Origin: an uncultured Phycisphaerales bacterium | GTDB lineage: Bacteria; Planctomycetota; Phycisphaerae; Tepidisphaerales; Tepidisphaeraceae | Length of the DNA stretch: 64,000 nucleotides | Direction: 5' to 3' | Assembly: GCA_963844715.1 (NCBI GenBank) | Contig: CAWJPJ010000007.1 | Span: 800,001-864,000, forward strand | Part shown: positions 1 through 11,640 of the stretch, piece by piece | Layout: each line of letters starts with the position of its first letter | Numbering within the stretch: the stretch's first letter is position 1 | Translations under genes and position numbers: made by a program | The notes under the pieces: model-generated | The model's input: only the letters and a program-made list of their open reading frames with translations | Told to the model about the DNA's origin: nothing | Database searches by the model: none

Positions 1-184
1 CCTTTTTCGCCGCCTCGACATCCATGGCGTTGGCCGCCAGCAGGGCATCCGGATTCTGCCGAATCGCCGCCGCCATCTTTCGCAAAGCCGCCGATTTCAC
101 CGAATCGCGCAGTGAAACCAGTTGCGTCGCCGCCCGCCGCGCGTTCCGCCCCAATTCCAAGATATACGCCTGTAAATCCTGCAT
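1..184 (-). CDS. proA: Gamma-glutamyl phosphate reductase, N-terminus (runs off window)
   Basis: Manual translation from ATG 184: MQDLQAYILELGRNARRAATQLVSLRDSVKSAALRKMAAAIRQNPDALLAANAMDVEAAKK, a typical ProA start; TAGAAT lies 9 nt upstream. Confidence 0.8.
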   Translation of the reverse strand, partial: MQDLQAYILELGRNARRAATQLVSLRDSVKSAALRKMAAAIRQNPDALLAANAMDVEAAKK

Positions 185-316
185 GGATGAGCCATTCTAG
201 CATCGCCCCCGCCGCATTGCATTCCCCTTCGTGCCTCCGTGCCTGCGTGCCTCCGTGCCTTCTTTTATTCATCCGCCCCTTCCCGCGTGTAGTATCAAGA
301 ACAGGAGCTGCACCCC

Positions 317-2130
317 ATGCCCCGTCCCCTTTTTACCTTTCTCACCTTTCTCACTCTTCTCACCCTCGTCTTCGCCCAAAGCGCCTCAGCCCACCCCGTA
401 ACCGCCACCTACTCCGCCTCGCTCAGCGAATCCGCTCTTTCCGCCGGCCAAAACGCCGCCGCGGCAATCGTCCTCGACGTAACCCCCGGCTTGCACATTC
501 AATCCCACGAGCCTCTCGACCCGAACCTCATTCCCTTCAATGTCTCGATCGACCCCAACCCCAATCTAGATTTTCTCGATCCCATTTACCCCGCCCCCGA
601 AACCGCCCACTTCCCCGGCCTCGGCGCGGCAAAGCGTCTACACCGGCCGCGTCATCGTCTATATCCCGATTCGCATCCACTCCGATGCCGCGATCGGACC
701 CATCACACTCACCGGCAAACTCAGCTGGCAAGCCTGCAACACCCAAGCCTGCTTCGCCCCAAAAATGAATCAGCCGTTCAGTATCCAAACCCAGATCGTC
801 GCGGCTACGACAGCGATCACTCCTGCAAACCCGGATCTCTTCCAAAACTTCGACGCCAGCATCTTCTCCAAAGGCGCCTCCCGCCGCGCCCCCATCCTCC
901 TCCGGCACCGTCGTCGATTTCTTCGGCCGAACCTTCACCCTCGCTTCCGGCGACGCGCCTCTCGCCCTCCTCGTCGCCCTGGCCGTTGGCGTCCTCTTCA
1001 ACCTCATGCCCTGCGTCCTCCCCGTCGTCCCCCTTAAAGCCATCGGCTTCCTCGAAGTCTCCAAACACAACCGCGCCAAATGCTTCTTCCTCGGCTTCGT
1101 CTTCAGCGCCGGCGTCGTCACCTGCTTCCTCGGCTTGGCGCTCCTCATCGTCGTCCTACATCGCTTCGCCTGGGGCCAGCAATTCAGCAGCGGCTGGTTC
1201 ATCTGGACCATCACCACGCTCCTCGTCCTCTTCGCCGCCGGAATGTTCGGCCTCTTCGACCTCGTCCTCCCCGACGCCGTCTACCGCGTCACACTCACCC
1301 ACGATTCCATCCCCGGCAACTTCATCTTCGGAATCTTCACCGCCATCCTCTCCACCCCCTGCACCGCCCCCATGTTCGCCGGCATCCTCGCCTGGTCCCT
1401 CACCGAACCCACCGCCCTCGGCGTAGGCAGCATCCTCATGGTCGGCGTAGGCATGGCCCTCCCATACCTGTTCCTCGACGCCTTCCCGAATTTAGTCAAA
1501 TGGATCCCTCACACCGGCCCGTGGTCTGCGGTCCTCAAACAAATGATGGGGTTCCTATTGCTGGCCGCCGCAGTCTATTTCGCGGCCGGCCGCCTCATCT
1601 CCGGCAGTCAATTCATCTGGGCCGTCTTCGCGGTCGTAGCCGTCGCCATGCTCTTCCTGGTCATCCGCACCACTCAACTAGCAACGAAGAAACGCTCGAC
1701 AATAATCGCCACCCTCTGCGCCCTGGCCACCATTCTAATCGCGTTAGACATCACGCTAAGACTAACCGGCGGCCTGGAATGGCAACCGTTCACACCAGAG
1801 GCGCTAGACAAAGCCCGGGCCACAGGCAAACCGGTCTTAGTCGAATTCACCGCCAACTGGTGCGGCAACTGCCTGGCCTTGGAAGCCAGCGTCTATCGCG
1901 ATCCCAAAACCGCCGCGTATATCCACCAGCACAATGTGATCCTGCTGAAAGCCGACATGACCAACGCTCCGCAGGACGAATGGGACATCGTCAACAAACT
2001 AAACCCCGGCGGCGGAATCCCCCTCACCGCCATCTACGGCCCCAAGCAACCCGCGCCGACGAAACTTACAAGTCTCTACACAACTCAGAATTTGATTGAT
2101 GCCCTTAATCACGCCAGCCGAGCCGGATGA
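317..2130 (+). CDS. dsbD: Thiol:disulfide interchange protein DsbD-like (N-domain, TM domain, thioredoxin), frameshifted
   Basis: Signal peptide at 317; NLMPCVLPV and STPCTAP TM motifs; C-terminal FTANWCGNC; split over several frames at about 625-900. Confidence 0.8.
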
Positions 2131-2140
2131 CCAGGATTAT

Positions 2141-2321
2141 TAACCGCAGAGACCGCAGAGATCGCGGAGAAAAATATTCAGCCACAGATGGGGCACAGAT
2201 GCACACAGATTTAAATGCAAATCGTGTTTTTGCATTTTATCTGTGCTTATCTGTGCCCCATCCGTGGCGATAAATTCTTTTTCTTTGCGTTCTTTGCGGT
2301 CTCGAGCGAAGCGGGCGGTAA
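2141..2321. repeat. Nested palindromic REP-like element
   Basis: Inner arms gccacagatggggcacagatgcacacagat / atctgtgcttatctgtgccccatccgtggc (2181-2268) sit inside outer arms accgcagagaccgcagag / ctttgcgttctttgcggt. Confidence 0.8.
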
Positions 2322-2338
2322 ATCAGCTTTTCGATGGA

Positions 2339-2578
2339 TTAAACTGCCGAGCGGTAGTTTTTCTGGGCCACGGTGATCTCGTCGGCCAGTTGCGCGTCCC
2401 CTGTCCCCGACTCCGCAAATTGCTTCCGCAGTGGCGCCAGCATCTCATCCAGAGAAGATTTGGCAGCAGCGTGCTCCACTAGATCGGACACGAACGTGTC
2501 GATGTCCTTCCCCGCAGCCTCCGCCATTGTCCGCAAACGCGCCTCGGTATTGGGGGCGATGGAAATCTTCAAAACCAT
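2339..2578 (-). CDS. Small ribbon-helix-helix-like protein, putative antitoxin
   Basis: MVLKISIAPNTEARLRTMAEAAGKDIDTFVSDLVE has a beta-helix-helix pattern; 79 aa. Confidence 0.55.
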   Translation of the reverse strand: MVLKISIAPNTEARLRTMAEAAGKDIDTFVSDLVEHAAAKSSLDEMLAPLRKQFAESGTGDAQLADEITVAQKNYRSAV

Positions 2579-2653
2579 GCCCGAATTACCGCATTTCAGC
2601 GATTTGAGCACTTTCTGGCTCCCATTCGGTTGACGCGGGTAGAATTCAGGTCC

Positions 2654-3261
2654 ATGCCGCGCTTCCGACGCTGCCTATTCAGTATATTCGCGGCGGTTTC
2701 GCTATTCTTTTGCCTCGGAACCGCCGTGATCTGGGCACGAAGCTATTGGACGGGAAATTTTCTGCGCTGGGTTCACAGGTCACCCAATACGCCCGCATCA
2801 GGATAGTTGAGTGCATCGTTGGATCAACACGCGGTGGACTCACTATCGGCGTTCGCCATTTGGCGGCGCCGTCCGATTCCGCCAATTTGCGTGATTATCT
2901 TTACTGGCATCCGCCGGGATTTCAATTCGAACAATGGTCGCTGATGACGGCCCAGTCCACGAGTAATTACCTCCTAAAACCGACGAACTCAGCTCCATTG
3001 GGTTTTCAGTTTGCCAGTCGGTCGGGCAGATATCAGACCACCGATTATTGGGAACATTGGGCCGCGATTCCATATTGGTTTCCGACGAGCGTCTTTGCGA
3101 TCATTCCGCTATGGGGCCTGATGCACAGTCTAAAACGCCGTCGCGCGAAGCATCTCGGCCGCTGCGCGAACTGCGGCTACGACCTCCGCGCCACTCCGGA
3201 CCGCTGCCCCGAATGCGGCCAGACGCAGGAAACTCATTCTTCCAACTCCCCGGACGGTTGA
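2654..3261 (+). CDS. Membrane protein with C-terminal zinc ribbon, frameshifted
   Basis: ATG 2654 begins MPRFRRCLFSIFAAVSLFFCLGTAVIWARSY; second frame ends with IPYWFPT TM segment and CANCGYDLRATPDRCPECG. Confidence 0.7.
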
Positions 3262-3284
3262 GGGGAAAAGGAAGGGTGTGGAGG

Positions 3285-3338
3285 TGCGGGGGCGAGGGAA
3301 ACCTTTTGGGGCCTGATATGGTTTCCCTCGCCCCCGCA
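3285..3338. repeat. Perfect 19-bp inverted repeat (hairpin)
   Basis: tgcgggggcgagggaaacc ... ggtttccctcgcccccgca with a 16-nt loop. Confidence 0.75.
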
Positions 3339-3583
3339 TTGCATTTGACTTAAAAAGCGATATTCCAACACGCATTCGACCGTCCAAAACCACAACCTTG
3401 CCTTAGTTGCCCGATCCCATACTTCCCGCTAAACTTGATTATTCGCGCCCGCAGGACGTTCCTTCGGGTGAACAACTCGGTTTTCGTGCCTTCGGCCCCG
3501 CGTGGAAGCCGCCGGCTCTTTTTATTTGGCCACGCAACAACACAAGGCATAGGCAGCCCCAAAACCTGCCGTATTTGATTCAC

Positions 3584-5350
3584 ATGGTCGATTTTAATCT
3601 CATCCATTCACTCGGAAACGTGGACGCAGAAGCCGACAGCGCCGTAGCCACCGCACTCGGCGACGCCGCCAACGATCTCACCAAACTCGTCGCCGGCGAC
3701 GAAGTCCAGGACTTCACCCCTGGCGCGATTCTCAAAGGAAAAGTCTCCAGCGTCGTCGGCGACGATTTCGTCGTCGAACTCGGCCTCAAAAGCGAAGGCA
3801 TCCTCGAACGCTCCGAATTCGACGAACCCGAAAACGTCAAAATCGGCGACGAAGTCCGCGTCCTCCTCGAAGACGTCGAGGGTGACACCGGCCTCGTCAA
3901 AATTTCCAAACGAAAAGCGGACCGCATCATCAATTGGGAAACGATCATGCAGTCCAAGAAGGAAGGAAACCCCGTCTCCGGAAAAGTCACCAAGAAAATC
4001 AAAGGCGGGCTCCTCGTAGACATCGGCGTGCCGGTCTTCCTCCCCGCCAGTCAGGTCGACATTCGCCGCCCCGGCGAAATCTCCGATTGGATCGGCCGGA
4101 CCATTGACGCCGTCATCCTCAAGATCGACGAAGAACGCCGCAACATCGTCATCTCGCGCCGCAAAATGATCGAGCAGCAGCGCGAGGAGCTGAAGCGCAA
4201 GACCCTCGACGGCCTTACCGTCGGCGAAGTCCGCAAGGGAACCGTCAAGAACATCGCCGACTTCGGCGCCTTCATCGACCTCGGCGGTATCGACGGCCTC
4301 CTCCACATCACCGACATGAGCTGGGGCCGCATCAATCATCCCAGCGACATGCTCAAGATCGATCAGGAACTCGAAGTCAAAGTCCTCTCCATCGACAAGG
4401 AAAAGGAAAAAATCGCCCTCGGCCTCAAGCAGCGCGAGGCCAGCCCTTGGGAGAATATCGAGCAGAAATACCCCGTCGGCTCCGTCCACGAAGCCGAAGT
4501 CGTCAACATCATGTCCTACGGCGCGTTCTGCAAACTTCAGGAAGGCGTCGAAGGCCTCGTCCACATCTCCGAGATGTCCTGGACCAAGCGCATCAACCAT
4601 CCCAGCGAAGTCGTCACCCAGGGCCAGAAGGTCAAGGTCAAAGTTCTCGAGATCAACAAGGAAAAACAGGAAATCTCCCTCGGCATGAAGCAGGTCGAGG
4701 AAAACCCCTGGGAACGCGTCGCCGACAAATACCCGCAAGGGTCCGTCGTCGAAGGCAAGGTCCGCAACATCGCCAACTACGGCGCCTTCATCGAAATCGA
4801 GGAAGGCATCGACGGCCTCCTCCACGTCTCCGACCTCTCCTGGACCAAAAAGATCGGCCACCCCAGCGAGATGCTCAAGAAGGGCGAGACCATCAAGGCC
4901 GTCGTCCTCAACGTCGATCAGGAAAAACAGCGCATCGCCCTCGGCCTCAAGCAGATGCAGGAAGACCCCTGGACAACGGTCATCCCCGCCAACTATCGCC
5001 CCGGCATGGTCGTCAAGGGCCACGTCACCAAGATCGCCAACTTCGGCGTCTTCGTGGAACTCGAGCCCGGCCTCGAAGGCCTCCTCCACATCTCCGAAAT
5101 CTCCGACCAAAAAGTCGAGAAGCCGGAGGACTCCCTCAAGGTCGGCCAGGAACTCGACGTCAAGATCCTCCGCGTCGACAGCGACGAGCGAAAAATCGGC
5201 CTCTCCCTCAAACGCGCCCAGTGGGCCCAGGAAGAGGAACTCCGAGAAACCGCCCGAGCAGAACGAGCCCAAAAACGCGGCCTACGCGGCGGCCTGGAAG
5301 GCGGCGAACAGACGCGCGGGTTGGGCGATATCGATATCGCAAACGAATAA
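3584..5350 (+). CDS. rpsA: 30S ribosomal protein S1
   Basis: Six S1 repeats ([21 protein letters not shown] etc.); start MVDFNLI. Confidence 0.97.
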   Translation: MVDFNLIHSLGNVDAEADSAVATALGDAANDLTKLVAGDEVQDFTPGAILKGKVSSVVGDDFVVELGLKSEGILERSEFDEPENVKIGDEVRVLLEDVEGDTGLVKISKRKADRIINWETIMQSKKEGNPVSGKVTKKIKGGLLVDIGVPVFLPASQVDIRRPGEISDWIGRTIDAVILKIDEERRNIVISRRKMIEQQREELKRKTLDGLTVGEVRKGTVKNIADFGAFIDLGGIDGLLHITDMSWGRINHPSDMLKIDQELEVKVLSIDKEKEKIALGLKQREASPWENIEQKYPVGSVHEAEVVNIMSYGAFCKLQEGVEGLVHISEMSWTKRINHPSEVVTQGQKVKVKVLEINKEKQEISLGMKQVEENPWERVADKYPQGSVVEGKVRNIANYGAFIEIEEGIDGLLHVSDLSWTKKIGHPSEMLKKGETIKAVVLNVDQEKQRIALGLKQMQEDPWTTVIPANYRPGMVVKGHVTKIANFGVFVELEPGLEGLLHISEISDQKVEKPEDSLKVGQELDVKILRVDSDERKIGLSLKRAQWAQEEELRETARAERAQKRGLRGGLEGGEQTRGLGDIDIANE

Positions 5351-5463
5351 AACCCGAAACCAGAAACCAGAATCAAACCCGAATGCCCGAATGACGAAAT
5401 AACCTTTCGCTCATTCGGGCATTCTGGCTTTATTCGGATTTCGGGTTTCGGATTTCTGGTTTC
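5351..5463. repeat. Heptamer-periodic palindromic intergenic repeat, family A copy 1
   Basis: GAAACCC/GAATGAC units ... gaatcaaa ... mirrored by cattcgg/tttcggg units. Confidence 0.85.
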
Positions 5464-5582
5464 CCGGCCCCCGGCCTCCCCTCCCTCCCAAAGTCACCTG
5501 CCGGGCTACCCGATACTGAATCGGGTCAGATCGTATCCCGCGCCCGGTGTCGTTACCGGACGTTTCCTGGCCGGAATTCCCT

Positions 5583-6406
5583 ATGGCCTCAGTTGCCCTT
5601 CAATCCGGTCTGCAGCTCTACCTCCGCCAGATTAATCAATCTCCGTTACTCACCGCCGACGAGGAAAAAGCCCTAGGCCGAAAATCATCCACGAAAACGA
5701 CCCCGAGGCCCGCGAGCGCATGGTCCGCTCCAATCTCCGCCTGGTCGTCAACATCGCCCGGCACTACGTCAACCGCGGCCTCTCCTTACCGGACCTCATC
5801 GAGGAAGGAAACATCGGCCTTCTCAAGGCCGTCGAAGGATTCGACCCCGAAAACGGCTCGCGCTTCAGCACCTACGCAAGCTGGTGGATCAAACAGGCCA
5901 TCAAGCGCGCCCTCATCAACAGCGTCCAGCCCATTCACATCCCCGCCTACATGGTGGAGATGATGTCCAAGCTCAAATACGCCATGCGCGAACTCGAAGA
6001 CCAGTTAGGCCGACTCCCCACCACGGATGAACTCTCCGCGCACCTGAAGATGCCCGCGAAAAAACTCCGCATCATCCGCAAGGCCGTAAAGGCCTATCAC
6101 TCGCCCACTCAATCCGGCAGCGCCGACGGCGAACTGACCATTAACGAACTCGTCCCCGACACCACCAATCTCCCCCCCGACGAAATCGTCCGCGACGTAG
6201 ACGAACTACGCCAACTGGAAAAGTTGATGGGCAACATCGACGCCCGCGCCGCAAAGATCCTACGCCTCCGCTACGGCCTCGAAGGCGGCGAAGCCCTGAC
6301 GTTAAAACAAATCGGCGAAAAAATCGGCCTCACCCGAGAACGAGTTCGCCAAATCGAACACCACGCCCTAAGAAAACTCCGCGACGCCATGGCGGCGGAG
6401 AAGTAG
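5583..6406 (+). CDS. RNA polymerase sigma-70 factor, RpoD/RpoS-like group 2, frameshifted near 5685
   Basis: Region 1.2 LQLYLRQI; region 2 NLRLVV...DLIEEGNIGL...RFSTYASWWI; region 4 LTRERVRQIE. Confidence 0.92.
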
Positions 6407-6420
6407 GCTTCCCCTCTTAT

Positions 6421-6460
6421 CCCCTCTCCCTGTACTCGGGGAGAGGGTAAGGGTGAGGGG
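6421..6460. repeat. REP-like element, family C
   Basis: cccctctccctgtactcggggagagggtaagggtgagggg. Confidence 0.8.
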
Positions 6461-6468
6461 CCGTATTT

Positions 6469-6576
6469 CGAATGACGAATGATAAATGACGAATCAATGT
6501 CCGAATGACGAATGGCCCTTCGCTCATTCGAACATTGGAATTTGATTCGTCATTTGTCATTTATCATTCGTCATTT
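6469..6576. repeat. Heptamer-periodic palindromic repeat, family A copy 2
   Basis: gaatgacgaatgataaatgacgaatc ... gattcgtcatttgtcatttatcattcgtcatt between convergent genes. Confidence 0.85.
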
Positions 6577-7814
6577 ACCGTCCGCCTTGGTGCCGGAACG
6601 CGCAGAATCAAAACGGCTCCCACAATCGCAAACCCCGCCCCCACCCCCAGCGCCACCACCACTCCTCCAGGCCGCACCTCCCAAATCACCCCCGCCAGCA
6701 AACTAGCCACCAACTGCCCCACCCCGCTCACCGTATAAAACAACCCCATCGCCCCCGCCCGCTGCACGCTCGGCACCAAATCGCTCACCATTGCCTTGGC
6801 CACCCCATCCGTCAGCGCCTGATACAACCCATAAATCCCCAGCAAAAACCACGGCGCCATCCGCGACGGACATGCCGCGAACCCAAGATACACAATCGCA
6901 TAAACCACCCATCCCACCGCCACAACATTCTTCCTCGAAACCCGATCCGAAATCGCCCCCAGCGGCGTCGCCGTCGCCGCGAAAATCCCATTGTACAAAA
7001 CATACGCCAAAATAATCGTCCCAAACCCCAGCCCCATCTCGCCGCTGCGCAAAATCAAAAACGTATCGCTGCTGTTCCCCAGCGAAAAAACCCCGTTCGC
7101 AATGATCAACATCCAAAACGCCCAAGGAAACGACTGAAAAATCGCCGGCGGTTTCCCCGCCGAAGTTTTCTCCGGTCTGATCTCCCGCACAAAAACCAGC
7201 ACCGTCGCGGCGCTCACAAGCCCCGGAATAATCGCCAGATAAAAAAGTCGCGCCAGCGGCAAATTCCTGATCGCGTGATCCGCCGTACCCCATCGCGCCG
7301 AAAATGTCGCATGCCATCCCGCGATCGCGATGATGACCGCCAGCGCCACGAGCGGCCCCAATATCGCCCCGCACGTGTCCATCGCCCGATGAAACCCAAA
7401 CGCCTTCCCCCGAAACTCCGCCTCCGTGCTATCCGCGATCAGCGCATCCCGCGGCGAAGTTCGAATCGACTTCCCCAATCGATCCGCCGTCCGCCCGGCC
7501 AAAAAAATCGGCCAGCCCGTCACCGACGCCAACCCCATCACCGGCTTGCTCAGCGCCGAAACAAAATACCCCAGAAAGATCACCGGCTTCCGCCGCCGCC
7601 ACCGATCCGAAACCGCCCCCGCGATCCACCTCAGTCCGCTGCTGATCCCCTCCGCCAGTCCGTCAATCAACCCCATGATCGCCGGCGACGCCCCCAGCGT
7701 TCCCACCAAAAACAGCGGCATCACCGGATACAGCATCTCCGACGCCAGATCCGTAAAGAAACTGACCCACCCCAGCGCAAAAACATTTCGCGAAATCCCG
7801 CGCGGTCGAATCAC
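6564..7814 (-). CDS. MFS transporter
   Basis: About 12 hydrophobic segments; motif A GAVSDRWRRRK; DLASEM and RDALIAD motifs. Confidence 0.93.
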   Translation of the reverse strand: MIRPRGISRNVFALGWVSFFTDLASEMLYPVMPLFLVGTLGASPAIMGLIDGLAEGISSGLRWIAGAVSDRWRRRKPVIFLGYFVSALSKPVMGLASVTGWPIFLAGRTADRLGKSIRTSPRDALIADSTEAEFRGKAFGFHRAMDTCGAILGPLVALAVIIAIAGWHATFSARWGTADHAIRNLPLARLFYLAIIPGLVSAATVLVFVREIRPEKTSAGKPPAIFQSFPWAFWMLIIANGVFSLGNSSDTFLILRSGEMGLGFGTIILAYVLYNGIFAATATPLGAISDRVSRKNVVAVGWVVYAIVYLGFAACPSRMAPWFLLGIYGLYQALTDGVAKAMVSDLVPSVQRAGAMGLFYTVSGVGQLVASLLAGVIWEVRPGGVVVALGVGAGFAIVGAVLILRVPAPRRTVNDE

Positions 7815-8737
7815 GCGGCAATTGTAGTTGTATCCGCCGACTTTGCGGAAGTCCCCATCACGGCAGGGGGGTCCAATCGCGGCTTACCAAATAATCCCGA
7901 AGCCATCCCCCGGCAAACCGCCCCCAAACTCCCCGGTGATCCCCACAAATGCCCCATGGTCCGCCGCGCCAAACTCCTGGCCATCCAAATCTTCTCCCCC
8001 CGATCAAACGCCCGGCTATGCCGCATGATCCAAAGCTTGTTCCTCACCTCATAAAAATATTTCCCCCCCACGCTGCTCGCCGGCACATGCTTCTCGGCCG
8101 TCTTATGCACCACCACGCTCGCCGGAACCATCACCCCGAATTCCTCGCGCAAAATCCGACCCGAATATTCCACATCGTCGTTCCACAAAAAATACCCCGG
8201 AATCGGCAACCCATATTTCTCCACCATCGACCGGTGCATCAGCATCGAAACAAACGACGTAAACCGAATCGACATCCCCGCGTTCTCCGCCGCCAGAAAT
8301 TGCCGCCGCGCATCATACAGCTTCGGCTTCTGCACATTCATCGGGTGCAGCGACCCGTCCGTCCAGACCACCCAGCTGGCCAAAATATTCGGCCGATCTT
8401 CCGGCGCAAATCTCTCCCGCGCCCGCAGCAATTCCCCCAGCGCGTTTCGTTCCGCGATCGAATCGTCGTCCAGCGTCCAGATCCACTCAAACCCCTGCCG
8501 ATACGCCCACTCGATCCCCGCATAATACCCGCCCGAACTTCCCGAATTCTCGCCCAACCGGATCGTCGTCACATGCCCAAACTCGCGCGCCAGCATCTCC
8601 CCCGTCCCATCGTCGCTGGCATTGTCCACCACCACCGCGCCCTGCACCGGACGCGTTAGCTCCGACAGTGCCCGCAGCGATTCACGCAGCAGCGATTTTC
8701 GGTTGCGGCTGACCAACACCGCGCAGACTCGATTCAT
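7811..8737 (-). CDS. GT2 glycosyltransferase, GlfT1-like galactofuranosyltransferase
   Basis: MNRVCAVLVSRNR, VVDNAS, WTLDDD, FLWNDDVEY; directly downstream of glf. Confidence 0.85.
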   Translation of the reverse strand: MNRVCAVLVSRNRKSLLRESLRALSELTRPVQGAVVVDNASDDGTGEMLAREFGHVTTIRLGENSGSSGGYYAGIEWAYRQGFEWIWTLDDDSIAERNALGELLRARERFAPEDRPNILASWVVWTDGSLHPMNVQKPKLYDARRQFLAAENAGMSIRFTSFVSMLMHRSMVEKYGLPIPGYFLWNDDVEYSGRILREEFGVMVPASVVVHKTAEKHVPASSVGGKYFYEVRNKLWIMRHSRAFDRGEKIWMARSLARRTMGHLWGSPGSLGAVCRGMASGLFGKPRLDPPAVMGTSAKSADTTTIAA

Positions 8738-9852
8738 GTACCGCGACCTCCTGCTCGAACACCGCCAGCGCCCGAGCCACCACCTGATCCATGTTGTAAT
8801 ACTGGTAATCCGCCAGCCGCCCCGTGAACACCACCGCTCCCCCCAGCTTCCTGGCCTCCGCCCGATACTTCTCAAAAATCTCCCGATTCTCATCCCGAGG
8901 AATCGGATAAAACGGCTCGCTCTCCCCCGGCACATGCGCTTGCGGAAACTCGCGCCAATCGTCGTCCCTGAAATCTTCTGCCCCGTCAGATGCTTGAATT
9001 CCGTGACCCGTGTAAACGCCTCCCCGTTCGGATAATTCAACTGCGCCACATCCTGCACAAAATCCTTCGCCCCATGCTCAAACTCAAACCGCAAACTCCG
9101 ATACGGCAGCGGCCCGTGCAGGTACTTGAAGAACTCATCGATCGCCCCCGTATAAATCATCCGCCCATACCGCACCGACTTCGGCAGCGTCCGCCAATCC
9201 ACCCCCAATATCACCCGAATGTTCCGATGCGAAAGCATCCGCTCGAACATCGCCGTGTATCCCTCATTTGGCATCCACTGAAACTTATCCTGAAAATATC
9301 GGTCATCCCGCCCGATCCGAATCGGAATCCGCCCCGTCACCGAAGCCGAAAGCTCCTCCGGCCGCAGCGCCCACTGCTTGATCGTGTACCCGAGAAAATC
9401 CGCTCATAAATAAATTCCGCCAGTTCCCGCAGCGCCTTCTGGGGCTCCTCCCTCATCTTCAACACCGGCACATGCGCCCCATGCCCGTAGCGCTGCCGCA
9501 AAATTTTCTCCAGTTGCCGCGCCTCGCGCTTGGGAAAAAGCAGCCGCAGCGAAGTCAGATTGAACGGCACCGGAATCTGCTTCCCATCCACCATCGCCCG
9601 CACGCGATGCTCATAAGCCCGCCACCCCGTGAACCCCGAGAGATAATCGAACACCCGCTGAGAATTCGTGTGAAAAATATGCGGCCCGTAATCATGAACC
9701 ATCACCCCCGACTCATCCGCATGATCGTAAGCATTCCCCGCAATATGATTCCGCCGATCTACAACCAGAACGCGCCGCCCCAGGCGCGTGGCGATCCGCT
9801 CGGCCATCACGGCCCCGCTAAACCCAGCTCCCACCACCAGCCAGTCATACAT
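8682..9852 (-). CDS. glf: UDP-galactopyranose mutase, frameshifted twice
   Basis: VVGAGFSG, YGPHIFHTN, LPYRSL, EPFYPIP, GRLADYQYYNMDQ. Confidence 0.93.
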
Positions 9853-9930
9853 GCAGTTGGTATAGATCGGCCAACCGCACGGCAGGGCAGTAATGAATGT
9901 TATCGGGCGTTCCCGAGCCCATGCTGAGAA

Positions 9931-10070
9931 GCCCGAAACCCGAAACCCGAAACCAGAATCAAACCCGAATGACCCAATGAGCGAAAAGCACCTGACCATC
10001 CGCGACCGGCCCTTCGGTCATTCTGGTTTCGGATTTGATTCGGATTTCGGGTTTCTGGTTTCTGATTTTC
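9931..10070. repeat. Heptamer-periodic palindromic repeat, family A copy 3
   Basis: (cccgaaa)n gaatcaaacccgaatgac ... gtcattctggtttcggatttgattcggatttcgggtttc. Confidence 0.85.
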
Positions 10071-10119
10071 GGAGCCGGTTTTCTAATCCCACCAACCCCT
10101 CTATTCCGATGATCATCCC

Positions 10120-11194
10120 ATGCACGCCATTATCGGACCCGCTCCCTCGCCGTATCCCTCGATTCATCCCGCGGTTGCCGAGGCTTTCGCCGCGACGTCC
10201 CCGGCCCCCATCCAGCTTTTCCCCGTCTCGCTGGACATCAAACAAGCCGAGTGTCTCCGCTGCCTTCTGGCCGACGACGTGCATGCCTCGATTGTTTCCG
10301 ATTGGAGCCCAGAGGCCATCCCCGTTTTCCCATCCACCGATCCCAATCTTGAATCCATGTTTCTTTCCGCGCCCGAAACTGAGCGTGATCCTCGACCCGC
10401 ACGACAGAGGCCGAAAGCTCGATTTCCTCTCTCTCACCGATCCCATTTGGCAGCTTGCCGCGCGCGAAAATCTCCAGATCATTTACTTGAAGCTCCAGGT
10501 CCACGACCCCGCGCAGTACGCCAACCTGAATCTGGCCCCAAAACAAGTCCACATTCTCTCCTGGCCCCTTCTTCTGGGCGGCTCGCGCTTCCACATCTCC
10601 GCTCAACAGGAATTCCAGGGCGACGCTCTGTTCTCCCGCACCCTCGCCCCCAATCCCCACCCCGAATTCAAATACGACTTCTCTTGCATCGGCTCGATCA
10701 CCAGCCCGGATAGAGAGGCCGCCTTCGCGACCCTGGAGCAATCTCCCCGAAAAAATCGCTATATAAAAATCTCCACGCCCGGCCACCAGGACGCCGCCTC
10801 GGCGACGGTGCCGCTGCTCGAATACCTCCTCATCAGCCGCCAAAGCCGAATCAACATCTCCCTCAACGGCCGCGGCCCCTGGTGCCTGAAAGACGGCGAG
10901 CTCCTCGCCAACCAATGCTTCATCCTCAGACAGTGGCACCCCAGCATCGTCCTCAACCCCCTCACCCCCCGCGACGGCCAACACTGGCGAATCTTCCGCA
11001 CCGAAACGCTGCTCGATACGATCGAAGCGTGCTTGGCCGACGCAGAAGAATGCAAAAAAATCGCCACCGCGGGCCACCGGCTTCTGCGCACCGTCACCCA
11101 CGACTGCCTTTGGTCCCACCAATACGCGACGGCGTTAACCAATTTTCGGTGCACAGGGCAAAAGAGCGCGTTTGGCGAACTGGCGTTTGCCTAA
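10120..11194 (+). CDS. Putative glycosyltransferase-like protein (CgeB-like C-terminus), frameshifted near 10380
   Basis: C-terminal EYLLISRQSRINISLNGRG...KKIATAG pattern; divergent from glf. Confidence 0.5.
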
Positions 11195-11322
11195 CGCCGC
11201 TGAAGGGCGCCGCGAATTTCGGGGGTCGTTCGGACATTTGCCGACAAAATCTTACACTTTTGAATCGATTGGCGGGTTGGGTGAACGGGGCGGTTTAGTC
11301 AAAGAGAAGAGCCAAATTTGGT

Positions 11323-11425
11323 AGCCACGGATGGGGCACGGATGTGGCACGGATGTGGCACGGATGGAACGGGATAGTTGCCAGTTGGACGCCACGGCGG
11401 CTCTGCGACCAGTTGCCAGTTGCCA
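11323..11425. repeat. Tandem GGCACGGATGT and AGTTGCC units (family B half-element)
   Basis: gccacggatggggcacggatgtggcacggatgtggcacggatg followed by cagttgccagttgcc. Confidence 0.7.
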
Positions 11426-11640
11426 GGGGGGCAAGACACGAGGCCGCGAAATAAAAAAATAAAAAAAATTTGCGCTCGCGTAATTTGATTGCGGGGCTGG
11501 GGATAGGCGGGGGGAGTCGAGCGGCGGCGTCTGGATGGCGGGCGAAAATCTTCAGGTGCGGTGCGCAATACAGGGGATTCTACTTTTTTTACAGCGCCTG
11601 CGCCGCTCGCGCTGCCGGCGCAAAACTAATCGAGGTGACC

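Noticed and set aside
229..262. Short 8-bp tandem CGTGCCTC repeats (similar short runs at about 37335-37410, 38876-38908 and 57200-57235)
   Set aside because: Probably fragments of the periodic repeat families; too short to support a separate claim
3608..5272. Long antisense ORFs opposite rpsA, and similarly opposite murC, lptD, sppA and the kinase
   Set aside because: Shadow frames expected from high-GC codon bias; no recognisable motifs
7811..9340. Apparent Glf-GT2 fusion ORF
   Set aside because: The Glf C-terminal motifs lie in ORF 8682-8933; frameshift artefact
5351..10070. Periodic repeats as a CRISPR array
   Set aside because: No constant repeat with unique spacers and no cas genes
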